Part shown: positions 19,227 through 29,089 of the stretch, piece by piece
Position numbering within the stretch: the stretch's first letter is position 1
Layout of the letters: each line of letters begins with the position of its first letter
Origin: Minisyncoccia bacterium
GTDB taxonomy: Bacteria > Patescibacteriota > Minisyncoccia > Phycocordibacterales > Zambryskibacteraceae
Length of the DNA: 64,000 nt
Direction of reading: 5' to 3'
NCBI GenBank assembly: GCA_041742965.1
Contig: JBGTNQ010000004.1
Coordinates: 716 to 64,715 of the forward strand
Translations under genes and position numbers: made by a program
The notes under the pieces: model-generated
Seen by the model: only the letters and a program-made list of their open reading frames with translations
Databases searched by the model: none
What the model was told of the DNA's origin: nothing

Positions 19227-19664
19227 TTAAGCTATAGACCCTCCAACAGCTTCAATTTTAGCGCGGGCGCTCTTAGATACTAAGCATAGTTCAAACGAGA
19301 GTTTTTCAGTAATATTTCCGTCTCCAAGAACTTTAACCTTGGGAATACGGCCACCCCTTATTTTAATAACACCTTTTTCAACCAAAGTCTTTGGTGATAC
19401 ATTTTCTCCTGCCTTAAAACTAGAAAGCATCGATAGATTAACAATAGAAATCTCGCCTTGAATACTTTTATTGCTATTAACACCGCGTCCTCTTAGCTTT
19501 GGTAAACGTTTTATAGTATCTCGTATCTCTGGTCTTTTCTTTCTTCCAGAACGAGCATTTTGACCCTTAGTACCCTTACCGGCGGTCTTACCACGAGTGC
19601 CACCACGACCCACTTGTCTGGAGGCCTTATTTTTGGTTTTTCTTTTTAATGTGTTTATTTGCAT
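19227..19664 (-). CDS. rplO: 50S ribosomal protein uL15
   Basis: GRGGTRGKTAGKGTKGQNARSG; synteny. Confidence 0.95.
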   Translation of the reverse strand: MQINTLKRKTKNKASRQVGRGGTRGKTAGKGTKGQNARSGRKKRPEIRDTIKRLPKLRGRGVNSNKSIQGEISIVNLSMLSSFKAGENVSPKTLVEKGVIKIRGGRIPKVKVLGDGNITEKLSFELCLVSKSARAKIEAVGGSIA

Positions 19665-19666
19665 AT

Positions 19667-20284
19667 TTATGAATTCTTTTTCTCTCTTAGAGATATATTG
19701 CTCAATGCCTTAATAGCAACCTTAGCATTATTTGCTCTATTTTTGGTCTTTGAAAGAATCTTTGCGTTTATGCCGTTTAAACCAGCGAGTTCTATCACTG
19801 TTCTCACGGAGCTACCTGCAAGTATTCCCCTTCCAGGTGCTGGCATAATTTTTACACGAGAACCCCCATATTTTGCAGAAACTTCGTGAGGGATAGACAT
19901 ATCTTTTGTAGTACGAACGGCAATCATATTCTTTTTCGCATCACGAAGAGCTTTATCTATAGCTATTGGAGTATCCCCTGCTTTTCCTTGTCCAACACCA
20001 ACCATCCCTTTTCGATTTCCAGCTACCAAAGTAACAGAAAAGCTAAAACGACGACCGCCCGAAGTAACACGAGTAACCCGCCTGATACTAACTGTCTTGT
20101 GGTCAAATTCCGGTCTGACTCTAGCGTCCTTTTTGTTCATGCGACGAGGATTCTTTCTGTGCTCCCTCATCTGTGGGGCACGTGGAGCTCTAGGTGCAGT
20201 TGCCGGGGCTTCGTCTTTAACAGGAGTCTCGGCAGGTGCCTCAACTGGAGTATCTTGTTTTTTTGTTGTTTCAGTAGTGTTCAT
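19667..20284 (-). CDS. rpsE: 30S ribosomal protein uS5 (N-terminal extension)
   Basis: IRRVTRVTSGGRRFSF, PAPGRGILAG. Confidence 0.96.
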   Translation of the reverse strand: MNTTETTKKQDTPVEAPAETPVKDEAPATAPRAPRAPQMREHRKNPRRMNKKDARVRPEFDHKTVSIRRVTRVTSGGRRFSFSVTLVAGNRKGMVGVGQGKAGDTPIAIDKALRDAKKNMIAVRTTKDMSIPHEVSAKYGGSRVKIMPAPGRGILAGSSVRTVIELAGLNGINAKILSKTKNRANNAKVAIKALSNISLREKKNS

Positions 20285-20290
20285 AAATAA

Positions 20291-20638
20291 TTAAAATACT
20301 AGACCTCCCTCTCTTGCTCCTTCTGCTAAATTTTTTACCTTACCTGTATAAATAAAACCCCCTCTATCAAAAACTATTTTCTTTATTGAAAGACCAGATG
20401 CTTTTTTTGCAATATCTAATCCGACTTCCTTTGCATTAAGAAGAGGAGTTCCCTTCATTCCGATTGACGAAGACGAAGCTACGGTCTTACCGGAAACATC
20501 ATCAATCAACTGTGCATAAACAGCGGTGTTTGACTTAAAAATGGCCAAACGAGGTTTTTCGGATGTCCCAGAAACCTTAGCGCGAATGCGTTTATGACGA
20601 CGATTTCTCTTTATTATTTTTAGATCAGAAGTTTTCAT
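20291..20638 (-). CDS. rplR: 50S ribosomal protein uL18
   Basis: RRHKRIRAKV, FDRGGFIYTGKV, AREGGLVF. Confidence 0.96.
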   Translation of the reverse strand: MKTSDLKIIKRNRRHKRIRAKVSGTSEKPRLAIFKSNTAVYAQLIDDVSGKTVASSSSIGMKGTPLLNAKEVGLDIAKKASGLSIKKIVFDRGGFIYTGKVKNLAEGAREGGLVF

Positions 20639-20640
20639 AT

Positions 20641-21174
20641 TTATACTGATTTCTTACCTTGCTTCATCTTTATAACCTCCCCTTCGTATCTAAGGCCTTT
20701 TCCTTTGTATGGTTCTGGCTTTTTAAGAGATCTGATGTAAGCTGCGAAACCCCCAACTTTCTCTTTGTTTATACCGGAGATAATTATTGCATTTTTCTCT
20801 GTTGAAACGCTTAACCCCTCTGGAATAAGTATCTCTACTGGATGAGAAAAGCCCAAAGCAAAAACAATAGTATTTCCTTTTACCTCCACTTTGTAGCCGA
20901 TTCCCTCCAAAATAAGTTTCTTTTCAAATAGTTTATTCACTCCAGATACCATATTTACTATGTGAGAGGTGTAAGTCCCCCAGAGAGCTTGAGATTCAAT
21001 ATCCTTATTCTTTGGAGTAACGGAAACAGAGCCCTCTTTAACTTCAATAGAAAAATCTTCACGAATATCTCGAGAAATTTCTCCTAAGGGACCCCTAACC
21101 AAAACGGTCTTACCAGAGACAGTGACTTCTGTTTTTGGTGGGAGTTCTATTCCTTTTTTACCAATGCGTGACAT
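20641..21174 (-). CDS. rplF: 50S ribosomal protein uL6
   Basis: MSRIGKK, LGFSHPV, PEPYKGKG. Confidence 0.97.
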   Translation of the reverse strand: MSRIGKKGIELPPKTEVTVSGKTVLVRGPLGEISRDIREDFSIEVKEGSVSVTPKNKDIESQALWGTYTSHIVNMVSGVNKLFEKKLILEGIGYKVEVKGNTIVFALGFSHPVEILIPEGLSVSTEKNAIIISGINKEKVGGFAAYIRSLKKPEPYKGKGLRYEGEVIKMKQGKKSV

Positions 21175-21216
21175 ATTAAAAGTTTAAATTTTATATCTCA
21201 AATTCTATTTTTTAAA

Positions 21217-21606
21217 CTACCAAACTTCAAACAAGACTTCTCCACCCACTTTTTCTTTCCTAGCAACCTTGCCAGAAAGTATACCCTTTGGAGTAGATAC
21301 TACTGATATACCGAAACCGTTCTTGACCGGCCTTAGTTCACCTGACTTTTTATACACCCTTCGAGAAGGTTTTGACACCCTTCTTACTCCAGTCACCTTT
21401 GATTCATTGCCCTCATAGATAAGGCCCAGTTCAAGAAACTTGGCTATCTTTTTTCCTTTCTTTGATACAGAAGATATATAACCTTCTTTCTCAAGTACAG
21501 ACGCAATCTCGAATTTTAATTTAGAAAAAGGAACAAGGACCGACTCTTTTCGTGAGATGGTCGCGTTCTTAATTCTGATTATCATGTCTGCTATTGGATC
21601 TGTCAT
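21217..21606 (-). CDS. rpsH: 30S ribosomal protein uS8
   Basis: MTDPIADMIIRIKNA, VSKPSRRVY, GGEVL. Confidence 0.97.
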   Translation of the reverse strand: MTDPIADMIIRIKNATISRKESVLVPFSKLKFEIASVLEKEGYISSVSKKGKKIAKFLELGLIYEGNESKVTGVRRVSKPSRRVYKKSGELRPVKNGFGISVVSTPKGILSGKVARKEKVGGEVLFEVW

Positions 21607-21611
21607 ATTTG

Positions 21612-21797
21612 TTACCAGCTTGATTTCTTAATTCCAGGAACTTTGCCTTCGTTAGCTGCCTCTCTGAAGCAGATTCGGCAAAGGTCAAAATCTCTCATAT
21701 ACCCACGCTTACGACCACATCTAAAGCAACGATTTACAACCCGAGTAGAAAACTTGGGGGTTTTTAGTGATCTTGCTATTACTGATTTCTTTGCCAT
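21612..21797 (-). CDS. rpsN: 30S ribosomal protein uS14 (zinc-binding type Z)
   Basis: RCFRCGR...LCRICFRE...PGIKKSSW. Confidence 0.96.
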   Translation of the reverse strand: MAKKSVIARSLKTPKFSTRVVNRCFRCGRKRGYMRDFDLCRICFREAANEGKVPGIKKSSW

Positions 21798-21897
21798 GTA
21801 TAAATAAAATGAAAAAGCTTCATGGAAGCCGTTGGCTTACCATCCTATCACAGGAACCTGTCTTGTCAATAAAAAGCCTTAGTTTTAGGCTCAACTT

Positions 21898-22443
21898 CTA
21901 TTTTTTGTCCTCTTTTTTGAAGGGAAAACCTAGGTAGTCAAAGAAAGCCCTAGCTTCAGCCTTAGATTTGGCTGTAGTTACAACGGTGACAGCCAAACCA
22001 AAGACATCCTTAAGCTCTTCATCAGTAGTCTCTGGGAAAATTGTATGTTCCTTAATACCTAGAGTATAGTTACCCATTTCATCAATAGCATTTGTTGAAA
22101 TTCCCCTAAAATCCTTGGTTCTTGGAAGAGCCACATTTATGAGCTTGTCTAGGAAATCATACATTCGATTCCCCCTCAGGGTTACCTGAATCCCTACTGG
22201 GTCACCTTGACGAACTTTAAAAGCGGCGATAGACAACTTAGCTCCCTTTTCGGCAGGTTTCTGACCTGTAATCTTGGCAATTCGGTCTAATGCCAATTCA
22301 CCCTTTTTCTTATCCTTGAAAGAGCCGGTGCCAGCATTTATTACCACCTTGGTTATACGAGGTGTCTCATTGGTATTTTTATAGCCCTGAGATTCTTTCA
22401 GCTCCTTATAGGCGTTCTTTATTTTTTCTTTTAAAGGTTTCAT
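21898..22443 (-). CDS. rplE: 50S ribosomal protein uL5
   Basis: ITGQKP, FKVRQG, LPRTKDFRG, GNYTLGIKEH; start moved to ATG 22443. Confidence 0.96.
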   Translation of the reverse strand: MKPLKEKIKNAYKELKESQGYKNTNETPRITKVVINAGTGSFKDKKKGELALDRIAKITGQKPAEKGAKLSIAAFKVRQGDPVGIQVTLRGNRMYDFLDKLINVALPRTKDFRGISTNAIDEMGNYTLGIKEHTIFPETTDEELKDVFGLAVTVVTTAKSKAEARAFFDYLGFPFKKEDKK

Positions 22444-22444
22444 A

Positions 22445-22753
22445 TTATGAAATAGATGAGCCACTCTTTTTTGCAATACGCACTTTTTCCTTCCCGACTC
22501 CTTTGTATCCAATCCTTGTTCTCTTAGAGGTCTTCGGGTCTACAACCATAACATTAGAAACATCGAAAGGAAAAGCTTGTTCCACCACCTCTCCCTTCTT
22601 TCTGTTCTTGCTCGCCTTCTTGTGAATTTTGCGAACATTAACACCTGTGATTATCACCTTGTTCTCTCTAGGAAGTGCTCGAAGAACCTTTCCAGTCTTC
22701 CCTCGATCCTTACCCGCTATCACTATTACATTGTCATTTTTCTTTATCTTCAT
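22445..22753 (-). CDS. rplX: 50S ribosomal protein uL24
   Basis: MKIKKNDNVIVIAGKDRGKTG; start moved to 22753. Confidence 0.96.
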   Translation of the reverse strand: MKIKKNDNVIVIAGKDRGKTGKVLRALPRENKVIITGVNVRKIHKKASKNRKKGEVVEQAFPFDVSNVMVVDPKTSKRTRIGYKGVGKEKVRIAKKSGSSIS

Positions 22754-22757
22754 ATTT

Positions 22758-23129
22758 TTATACCACCTCTGGTGCAAGAGAAATAATCTGCTGAAAACCC
22801 TTTTCCGCGAGTTCTCTAGGAATGGGGCCGAATACGCGTCCAGCTATGGGCTCGTGCTTTGTCTTGTCTACTATGACCACGGCGTTCTCATCAAAACGAA
22901 TGTATGACCCATCAGCTCGACGAAAAGCCTTTTTCTGCCTAGCCACTACTCCATAAAGAACATCTTTCTTTTTTATAGATTTTCTAGGTTCGGCTTTTTG
23001 AACGGAGAGAACTACAATATCGCCTAGTTGTGCATATCGTTTTTTGGAGCCACCAAGAACCTTGAAAATGCGTCCGATTTTTGCTCCGGAATTGTCAGCT
23101 ATTTTTACTATTGATCTTGGTTGTATCAT
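22758..23129 (-). CDS. rplN: 50S ribosomal protein uL14
   Basis: ADNSGAK, IRFDENAVV, SLAPEVV. Confidence 0.97.
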   Translation of the reverse strand: MIQPRSIVKIADNSGAKIGRIFKVLGGSKKRYAQLGDIVVLSVQKAEPRKSIKKKDVLYGVVARQKKAFRRADGSYIRFDENAVVIVDKTKHEPIAGRVFGPIPRELAEKGFQQIISLAPEVV

Positions 23130-23149
23130 GGTGGCTTTTTAAATTGAAA

Positions 23150-23401
23150 CTATACAATCCTAAACCTCTTCATTTTTGAAATAGGTTTGGTTTCTTTTAT
23201 TTCTACAGTATCCCCAATTTGTTTTGTATTACCTTGGTCGTGAGCTTGATACCTCTTTCGTGATTTAACAAACTTTTTATATCTAGGGTGCATAACAAAT
23301 CTCTCTACAGAAACCACAACTGTGTCTTTCATCTTATTAGAAACCACTGTTCCCTTAAGGATTTTTGGCTGTGTCACCTTTTTTTGAGTATCAGTTGTCA
23401 T
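23150..23401 (-). CDS. rpsQ: 30S ribosomal protein uS17
   Basis: GTVVSNKMKDTVVV, HPRYKK, ETKPISK. Confidence 0.96.
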   Translation of the reverse strand: MTTDTQKKVTQPKILKGTVVSNKMKDTVVVSVERFVMHPRYKKFVKSRKRYQAHDQGNTKQIGDTVEIKETKPISKMKRFRIV

Positions 23402-23408
23402 ATATTAA

Positions 23409-23600
23409 TTATATTTGTGTGTTTTTTCTTTCAGAGAAAACCGTTTTGATTCTGGCAATATCTTTTCGCAACGCACGACCTTCTCTAACATTTCTAGTCT
23501 TTGAGCCAGAAATACCAAAACGAAAATCCTTCAAAGCGCCCTCTTTTTCGGTAAGAAGCTTTGAAAGGTCTTCGTTCTTTTTTTCACGGATATCTTTCAT
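23409..23600 (-). CDS. rpmC: 50S ribosomal protein uL29
   Basis: LRKDIARIKTV; synteny. Confidence 0.92.
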   Translation of the reverse strand: MKDIREKKNEDLSKLLTEKEGALKDFRFGISGSKTRNVREGRALRKDIARIKTVFSERKNTQI

Positions 23601-23602
23601 AT

Positions 23603-24022
23603 TTATATACGAGCTACAACTTTAGTCTTTACTGGAAGTTTGGTTCCGGCTTTTCGAAGGGCTTCCCTTGCCACAACCTCATCTACACCATCAACCTCAA
23701 ACAAAACTCTCCCTGGTAAAACTGGTGCGCAATAACCCTGTGGGTCACCTTTACCCTTTCCAAGCTTTACTTCGGCTGGTTTTGCAGTATACGGCATATC
23801 AGGAAAAATGCGAATCCATATTTTCCCTGTTTTACCTAGGGTCCTTGATATAACTTTTCTGGCTGCCTCAATCTGATTTGAACGAATACGAGCTGAGGTT
23901 GTAGCTTTGAGTCCAAATGAGCCGAAAGATACAGCTACGCCACGAGTAGCCCGACCAATCTTCGTCGGGTTCTTTCGCATTGTATGCCACTTTCTGTATT
24001 TTACTTTTTTTGGAACTAACAT
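23603..24022 (-). CDS. rplP: 50S ribosomal protein uL16
   Basis: [26 protein letters not shown]. Confidence 0.97.
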   Translation of the reverse strand: MLVPKKVKYRKWHTMRKNPTKIGRATRGVAVSFGSFGLKATTSARIRSNQIEAARKVISRTLGKTGKIWIRIFPDMPYTAKPAEVKLGKGKGDPQGYCAPVLPGRVLFEVDGVDEVVAREALRKAGTKLPVKTKVVARI

Positions 24023-24028
24023 GGTGTT

Positions 24029-24709
24029 TTATGTTCTATTCTGATTATCAACTTTGTCGAATATTTCTCCACGATAAATCCAGGTCTTTATACCTAGGTT
24101 TCCATACGGAAGCTTGGCTTCATAATGAGCATAATCTACATCAGCACGAAATGTCTGAAGAGGGATCTGTCCAAGTTTCTTGCTCTCACTTCGAGCAATA
24201 GACGCTCCTGCAAGTCGACCTCCGATAGTTATCTTGACCCCCTTAACATCTCTGTTTGCCATAACCTTCTCCACCATTTGCTTCAAGACACGGCGATACG
24301 GAAGCCGCTTCTCTAAACCTTCTGCAATCATCTGAGAGACGATGGCCGCATTTGATTCCGGAGATTTGATTTCTCTAATATCTAGTTTTACTTCTGCCTT
24401 TCCGTCATACACACCTCTCTTTCTCATCGCCTTTGTTACTTCGTCTTTAAGTTTAACTGCGCCTTCACCGTTTCTGCCGATAATGAGACCAGGACGAGAC
24501 GTTTCAACAATAATACGAAGTGTCTTTTCATCTCTTTCTATTTCAGTGGAACTTACATACATCCCTCGAAGCTTCTTTTCTAGAAAGTTACGGATAACTA
24601 AGTCACCACGAAGATATTCTTTGTATTTATCTTTAGCGCCAAACCATCGAGACTTCCAGTCTCTAATGATGCCTAATCTGTGTGAATATGGGTGTACTGT
24701 ATGTGACAT
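24029..24709 (-). CDS. rpsC: 30S ribosomal protein uS3
   Basis: HPYSHRLG, RPGLIIG, GRLAGASIAR, PLQTFRAD. Confidence 0.97.
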   Translation of the reverse strand: MSHTVHPYSHRLGIIRDWKSRWFGAKDKYKEYLRGDLVIRNFLEKKLRGMYVSSTEIERDEKTLRIIVETSRPGLIIGRNGEGAVKLKDEVTKAMRKRGVYDGKAEVKLDIREIKSPESNAAIVSQMIAEGLEKRLPYRRVLKQMVEKVMANRDVKGVKITIGGRLAGASIARSESKKLGQIPLQTFRADVDYAHYEAKLPYGNLGIKTWIYRGEIFDKVDNQNRT

Positions 24710-24724
24710 ATTAAATATTAAAAA

Positions 24725-25141
24725 TTAAACTTCTGCTTTTTTATCCTCCACCTTTTTTTCCTTTATCTCTTTTTTTACTTTTGAGTTTTTGGATTTAATT
24801 TTGCTCTTATCTTGTTCTTCCAAAACAACAGAAATATGACTTGTCCTCTTTCGAATAGGGTGTGCACGTCCTCGAGAAGCTGGCTGTCGGCGATACAAAA
24901 TCTTCCCGCCATCCACTCGAATTTCTTTTATAACTAAAGAGTCTGTATCAATAGATAAGTTTTTAGCATTTGCGAGAGCAGAACGAATGAGCTTAGCTAA
25001 CGGGTCGGCTGAGCGCTTAGCGAGAAAAGGAAGAGTGTCTAAAACGTCATTCACTTTCTTACCTCGCAAAGAGTTCGCCACTAATCGTACCTTGCGCGGA
25101 GACTGTCGATAATCATTTAGTTGTGCTGTGACTTTAGACAT
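24725..25141 (-). CDS. rplV: 50S ribosomal protein uL22 (Lys-rich C-terminal tail)
   Basis: QSPRKVRLVA, SALANA, RGRAHPIRKRTSHI. Confidence 0.96.
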   Translation of the reverse strand: MSKVTAQLNDYRQSPRKVRLVANSLRGKKVNDVLDTLPFLAKRSADPLAKLIRSALANAKNLSIDTDSLVIKEIRVDGGKILYRRQPASRGRAHPIRKRTSHISVVLEEQDKSKIKSKNSKVKKEIKEKKVEDKKAEV

Positions 25142-25146
25142 AAATA

Positions 25147-25488
25147 TTATTTAGCCCCCACTGTAGAAGCCTTGGCTGATTGAGCTGCTGCAATTTCTGC
25201 TTCTTTTTTCTTTTGCTCGAGCTCTTTCTGCATCTTTCCTCCGTGACGAACAAACTTTCTAGTTGGAGAAAATTCACCAAGTCTATGCCCTACCATGTCT
25301 TCAGTTACAAAAACTTCGACATGTTCTTTTCCATTGTGAACACCAAAGGTGAAACCCACCATTTCTGGAGCAATCTGACTGGCTCTAGCCCAAGTTTTGA
25401 TTATTCCTGTTTCATTGGGCTTTTTCCCCTCAATTTTTTTGAGAAGTCTTTCGTATACATATGGACCTTTTTTGCTTGAACGTGTCAT
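25147..25488 (-). CDS. rpsS: 30S ribosomal protein uS19
   Basis: [26 protein letters not shown]; start moved to ATG 25488. Confidence 0.97.
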   Translation of the reverse strand: MTRSSKKGPYVYERLLKKIEGKKPNETGIIKTWARASQIAPEMVGFTFGVHNGKEHVEVFVTEDMVGHRLGEFSPTRKFVRHGGKMQKELEQKKKEAEIAAAQSAKASTVGAK

Positions 25489-25522
25489 AGAGAATAGAAA
25501 AAGCTCGGACGAGCTCCAGAAG

Positions 25523-25551
25523 ATACTATACAAAATGGGCCTAAGTGTCAA
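25523..25551 (-). promoter_or_regulatory. internal sigma70 promoter upstream of rpsS
   Basis: Minus strand TTGACA-N17-TAGTAT. Confidence 0.55.
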
Positions 25552-25678
25552 ACCCTGTAGTGAATTTTGGTCTCACAGCAAAGCTGTGGTACAGAGCACA
25601 AGACCAAAATCTACTACTGGGTCAAATCCTTAGCTAGCTTAAAGGCTTATAGGGAGATCCTACAAAAACAGCGCCCCG

Positions 25679-25990
25679 CTATGGCCGAAGGCCACCGCGG
25701 GGCTTGCTAGCAGTGAATGGATATAGCGTATCGGGCGGATTAAATGGTATGTTCCACTTCACCAGAAACGGGTGCCCCTCCCGAACAAAGCCCTCGCTCA
25801 CAAAGTTGGCCCAATCCAACTCATGGGCCACCAACTCACTAGTCCCGACCTCGTTATCATCCAAAAACATAAAAAAGAAACCGGACTCATGAAGCCAAAA
25901 CTCAACTTCTCGTACTCCATCTTGAGACTTATGACGCCACTTGCCATCACTGTAGAGAATAGGGCCTCGCTCTGCGGGTTTACGCCACAT
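25679..25990 (-). CDS. orphan hypothetical protein inserted between rplB and rpsS
   Basis: About 103-aa ORF with GGGGGTG SD-like site; no recognised motif. Confidence 0.5.
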   Translation of the reverse strand: MWRKPAERGPILYSDGKWRHKSQDGVREVEFWLHESGFFFMFLDDNEVGTSELVAHELDWANFVSEGFVREGHPFLVKWNIPFNPPDTLYPFTASKPRGGLRP

Positions 25991-26187
25991 CGTCACCCCC
26001 CAATAGACGCATTAGAACTTTCTGTATTTGAAATACCACTAAATGAAAATTTTTACAAGTACAAACACAAACCCCGCGCCAGTATTGACGCGGAAAATTT
26101 CTACTTTACTTAACAAAAGAACAGACCTATCAAAAAACGGCCTTATCGGGCCATTTTTTGTGTTGTATTTTGCATTTCCAACATCGG

Positions 26188-26276
26188 AAAACCCCTCTGG
26201 AAAACATTGCGCAGGCGGGTAGCCGAGCATAGCAATTCGCAAGCTTGCGAATATGCGTGTTTTCCAGAGGGGTTTT
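26188..26276. repeat. 19-bp perfect inverted repeat enclosing an 18-bp palindrome
   Basis: aaaacccctctggaaaaca / tgttttccagaggggtttt; internal ATTCGCAAGCTTGCGAAT. Confidence 0.8.
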
Positions 26277-26331
26277 TATTTAATTTGTATTTATAAACTA
26301 TAAGCTTACAGCTAAAAGCTCTAAGCTACCC

Positions 26332-27171
26332 TTATTTCTTCCCAACCTTCCTCCTACGAACAATGAAAACATTTGAATATTTCTTTGGTCGGCGAGATTT
26401 CTGTCCCTTTCCAGTAGGTCTTCCAGTAGCTGTCTTCTGTCTTCGGCTTCCGCGACCAGAACGCCCCTCTCCTCCTCCGTGTGGGTGGTCAACAGGGTTC
26501 ATGGCAGTACCTCGAACAGTAGGACGAATCCCAAGCCATCTACTTCTTCCAGCTTTACCGAGGTTTACTAGACGATTTTCATCATTTGAAACTTCACCAA
26601 TAGTTGCCCAAGAATTTTCACTTACCTTGCGAACTTCAGAAGAAGGCATCTTAAGATCCACTGCTCCAGCATCCTTTGCTACCACTTCAATGAAGCTCCC
26701 AGCTGAACGGCCGAGCTTAGCACCACCTTTTGGTTTTACTTCAACATTGTATACAAAAGTACCAACAGTTATTTCTTTCAAAGGAAGGCGGTTTCCAGGA
26801 ATTTGTGGGGCAGACTCTGAAACAATGAGTGTGTCACCCACCTTTACACCTTTTGGAAGAAGAACATATCTCTTTTCACCATCTCTGTAAACAGCGAGAC
26901 CTATGAACCCTGTGCGATTTGGATCATACTCAACGGTTTTTATAGTATAAGGAATATCGAACTTGTTATATACAAAATCAACATCTCTAAAAAGCCTTTT
27001 GTGACCTCCGCCCTTGTGTCTTGTAGTAATACGACCATGGTGGTTCCTGCCCATCTTTCTCTTGAAGCCTGAGGTCAATGACTTTTCAGGTTTTTGAGTA
27101 GTCACAATATCTCGATAGTGAATCGAGGTCATGTTGCGTCTTGAGGCTGTTGTTGGTTTAAACTTTTTCAT
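26332..27171 (-). CDS. rplB: 50S ribosomal protein uL2
   Basis: GGGHKR, EYDPNR, RGTAMNPVDHPHGGGEG. Confidence 0.98.
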   Translation of the reverse strand: MKKFKPTTASRRNMTSIHYRDIVTTQKPEKSLTSGFKRKMGRNHHGRITTRHKGGGHKRLFRDVDFVYNKFDIPYTIKTVEYDPNRTGFIGLAVYRDGEKRYVLLPKGVKVGDTLIVSESAPQIPGNRLPLKEITVGTFVYNVEVKPKGGAKLGRSAGSFIEVVAKDAGAVDLKMPSSEVRKVSENSWATIGEVSNDENRLVNLGKAGRSRWLGIRPTVRGTAMNPVDHPHGGGEGRSGRGSRRQKTATGRPTGKGQKSRRPKKYSNVFIVRRRKVGKK

Positions 27172-27178
27172 ATTTTTG

Positions 27179-27520
27179 TTATACCATCTCGATCTTATCT
27201 CCTTTCTTCAGATATACATAGGCCTTCTTTCCTCCCCCACTCCTACCATATTTTCCACGCACATAAACACTCTTTGTGGGAATTGGTGTTACAGAAATCT
27301 TAAGGGGACTAACTTTATAAAAATGTTTTATAGCTCTCTTTATATCTTTCTTTGTGGCATTTCGAGCCACTTCAAAAACATATGCTTCATCGGCCATGGC
27401 CTTAGCAGAAGCTTTCTCTGTAATCCTGGGTCGAAGGATTATATTTGATAAAGAAGCAGGTACAACTACGTCTGGTAGTACTTTTTCTTTATCTTCTGTT
27501 TTTTTCTTTATAAGGGCCAT
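27179..27520 (-). CDS. rplW: 50S ribosomal protein uL23
   Basis: PRITEKA, YVFEV, KKAYVYLKKG. Confidence 0.95.
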   Translation of the reverse strand: MALIKKKTEDKEKVLPDVVVPASLSNIILRPRITEKASAKAMADEAYVFEVARNATKKDIKRAIKHFYKVSPLKISVTPIPTKSVYVRGKYGRSGGGKKAYVYLKKGDKIEMV

Positions 27521-27526
27521 GGTTTT

Positions 27527-28294
27527 TTATTTTGAAGTAGCTTTTGCCTTCTTCGGTGAAGCTTTTTTTGTTACCTTTGATACTTTTTTAGAAACTTTCT
27601 CCTTTGAGACAGTTTTATTCTCAGCGGGAACATTCTTTTCTTTTAAACCAAAAATCTTCAAAGATTCTTCCGGATTTACAAAAGCAACGGTCTTATACTG
27701 AAGAAGAACCAAAGGATTTATATTCCTGGCCTCTTGTGCTGATACATTTCCTATATTCGACATACCTCTTATTACAGATTTGTCATGAGTAGGAAGAGCT
27801 AGGTAGAGAGCATTCTTCTTCTTTTTTTCTATTGAAGGAAAACCTGAGACTTTTGCCAAATTTTTAAGAACAAGCACCGCTTCTTTGGTCTTGCCATCTT
27901 TGAGGTTTACGCTATCAATAAAAAAGATTTCATTGTCTCGAAACTTTTGTGACAAAACAGTAAAGAGAGCCTTTGCCTTCATTTTTTTGTTTATCTTTCT
28001 AGAAAAATCCCTATCGTTTCTAGGTCCATGAGCTACTCCACCACCAACCCATATTGGAGAACGAGTTGAACCATGACGCGCCCTACCAGTACCCTTTTGT
28101 TTCCAAGGTTTTTTACCTCCACCACGAACCTCAGCACGAGTTTTCGCATGAGCAATAGGATTACGAGCATTACCCGCCATAGAGACGGCTACCTGATGAA
28201 CCAAGTCAGCATTCCAAGGAAGACCAAAAATATTCTCCGGAAGAGTGAAACTTCCTGCTTCTTTTCCTTCTTGATTGTAGATTTTTGCTTCCAT
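27527..28294 (-). CDS. rplD: 50S ribosomal protein uL4 (Lys-rich tail)
   Basis: KTRAEVRGGGKKPWKQKGTGRARHGS. Confidence 0.97.
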   Translation of the reverse strand: MEAKIYNQEGKEAGSFTLPENIFGLPWNADLVHQVAVSMAGNARNPIAHAKTRAEVRGGGKKPWKQKGTGRARHGSTRSPIWVGGGVAHGPRNDRDFSRKINKKMKAKALFTVLSQKFRDNEIFFIDSVNLKDGKTKEAVLVLKNLAKVSGFPSIEKKKKNALYLALPTHDKSVIRGMSNIGNVSAQEARNINPLVLLQYKTVAFVNPEESLKIFGLKEKNVPAENKTVSKEKVSKKVSKVTKKASPKKAKATSK

Positions 28295-28302
28295 AAAAAT
28301 AA

Positions 28303-28914
28303 TTATCCTCTTATCTCAACGAGAGTTCCTTTTCTCCCAGGTATAGCACCTGAAATCAAGATCTGATTCTCAGGAACACTAACTTGAATTACGCGAAGGT
28401 TTTTTACAGTAACACGGTCTCCACCCATCCTTCCGGCCATGCGCATTCCCTTTGGCACACGAGTTCGGAGACCCCCTCCAATAGAACCAGGTTCTCGCTC
28501 GGAGTGTTTCTGACCGTGAGTTCGGCGACCACCCTTGAACCCATGACGCTTCACTACACCTTGAAATCCCTTTCCTTTTGAGGTTGAAGAAACTTCTACA
28601 ACATCTCCAGGAGCAAAAACAGAAACATCAAGTGTTGCACCAAGTTCAGGTAAAGTCTCTTCCCCTTTAACCCTAAGCTCTTTTACATGTGCAAAGACAC
28701 CACGACCAGCGAAGTGTCCTTTCAGAGATTTTGATATATTTTTTTCTTTCTTTTGACCGAAGCCAACTTGTAAAGCTTGATAACCGTCCTTCTGAGTGTC
28801 TTTGACTTGAGTTACCACCATTGGGCCAGCAGAAAGGACAGTTACAGGAGTAACAACGCCTTTTTCATCAAAGACCTGTGTCATGCTATGTTTTTTTGCA
28901 AGTATAAACTTCAT
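28303..28914 (-). CDS. rplC: 50S ribosomal protein uL3
   Basis: MTQVF, SKGKGFQGVVKRHGF, KGMRMAGRMG. Confidence 0.97.
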   Translation of the reverse strand: MKFILAKKHSMTQVFDEKGVVTPVTVLSAGPMVVTQVKDTQKDGYQALQVGFGQKKEKNISKSLKGHFAGRGVFAHVKELRVKGEETLPELGATLDVSVFAPGDVVEVSSTSKGKGFQGVVKRHGFKGGRRTHGQKHSEREPGSIGGGLRTRVPKGMRMAGRMGGDRVTVKNLRVIQVSVPENQILISGAIPGRKGTLVEIRG

Positions 28915-29089
28915 TGATTTGTTAGGAGCGAAGCGAGTTACAAATCAATGAACCCCGCCCTATTTCTCCAAGTAGAGAGTACTCTACACTATTTCTTTTC
29001 TATTTCAAGCCTCTAACAAACACCATTTCACCCACCCCCCAGGTGGTGGGAATGATAAATGGGTCGTCTCTAGACTCCCCATTTATCTA

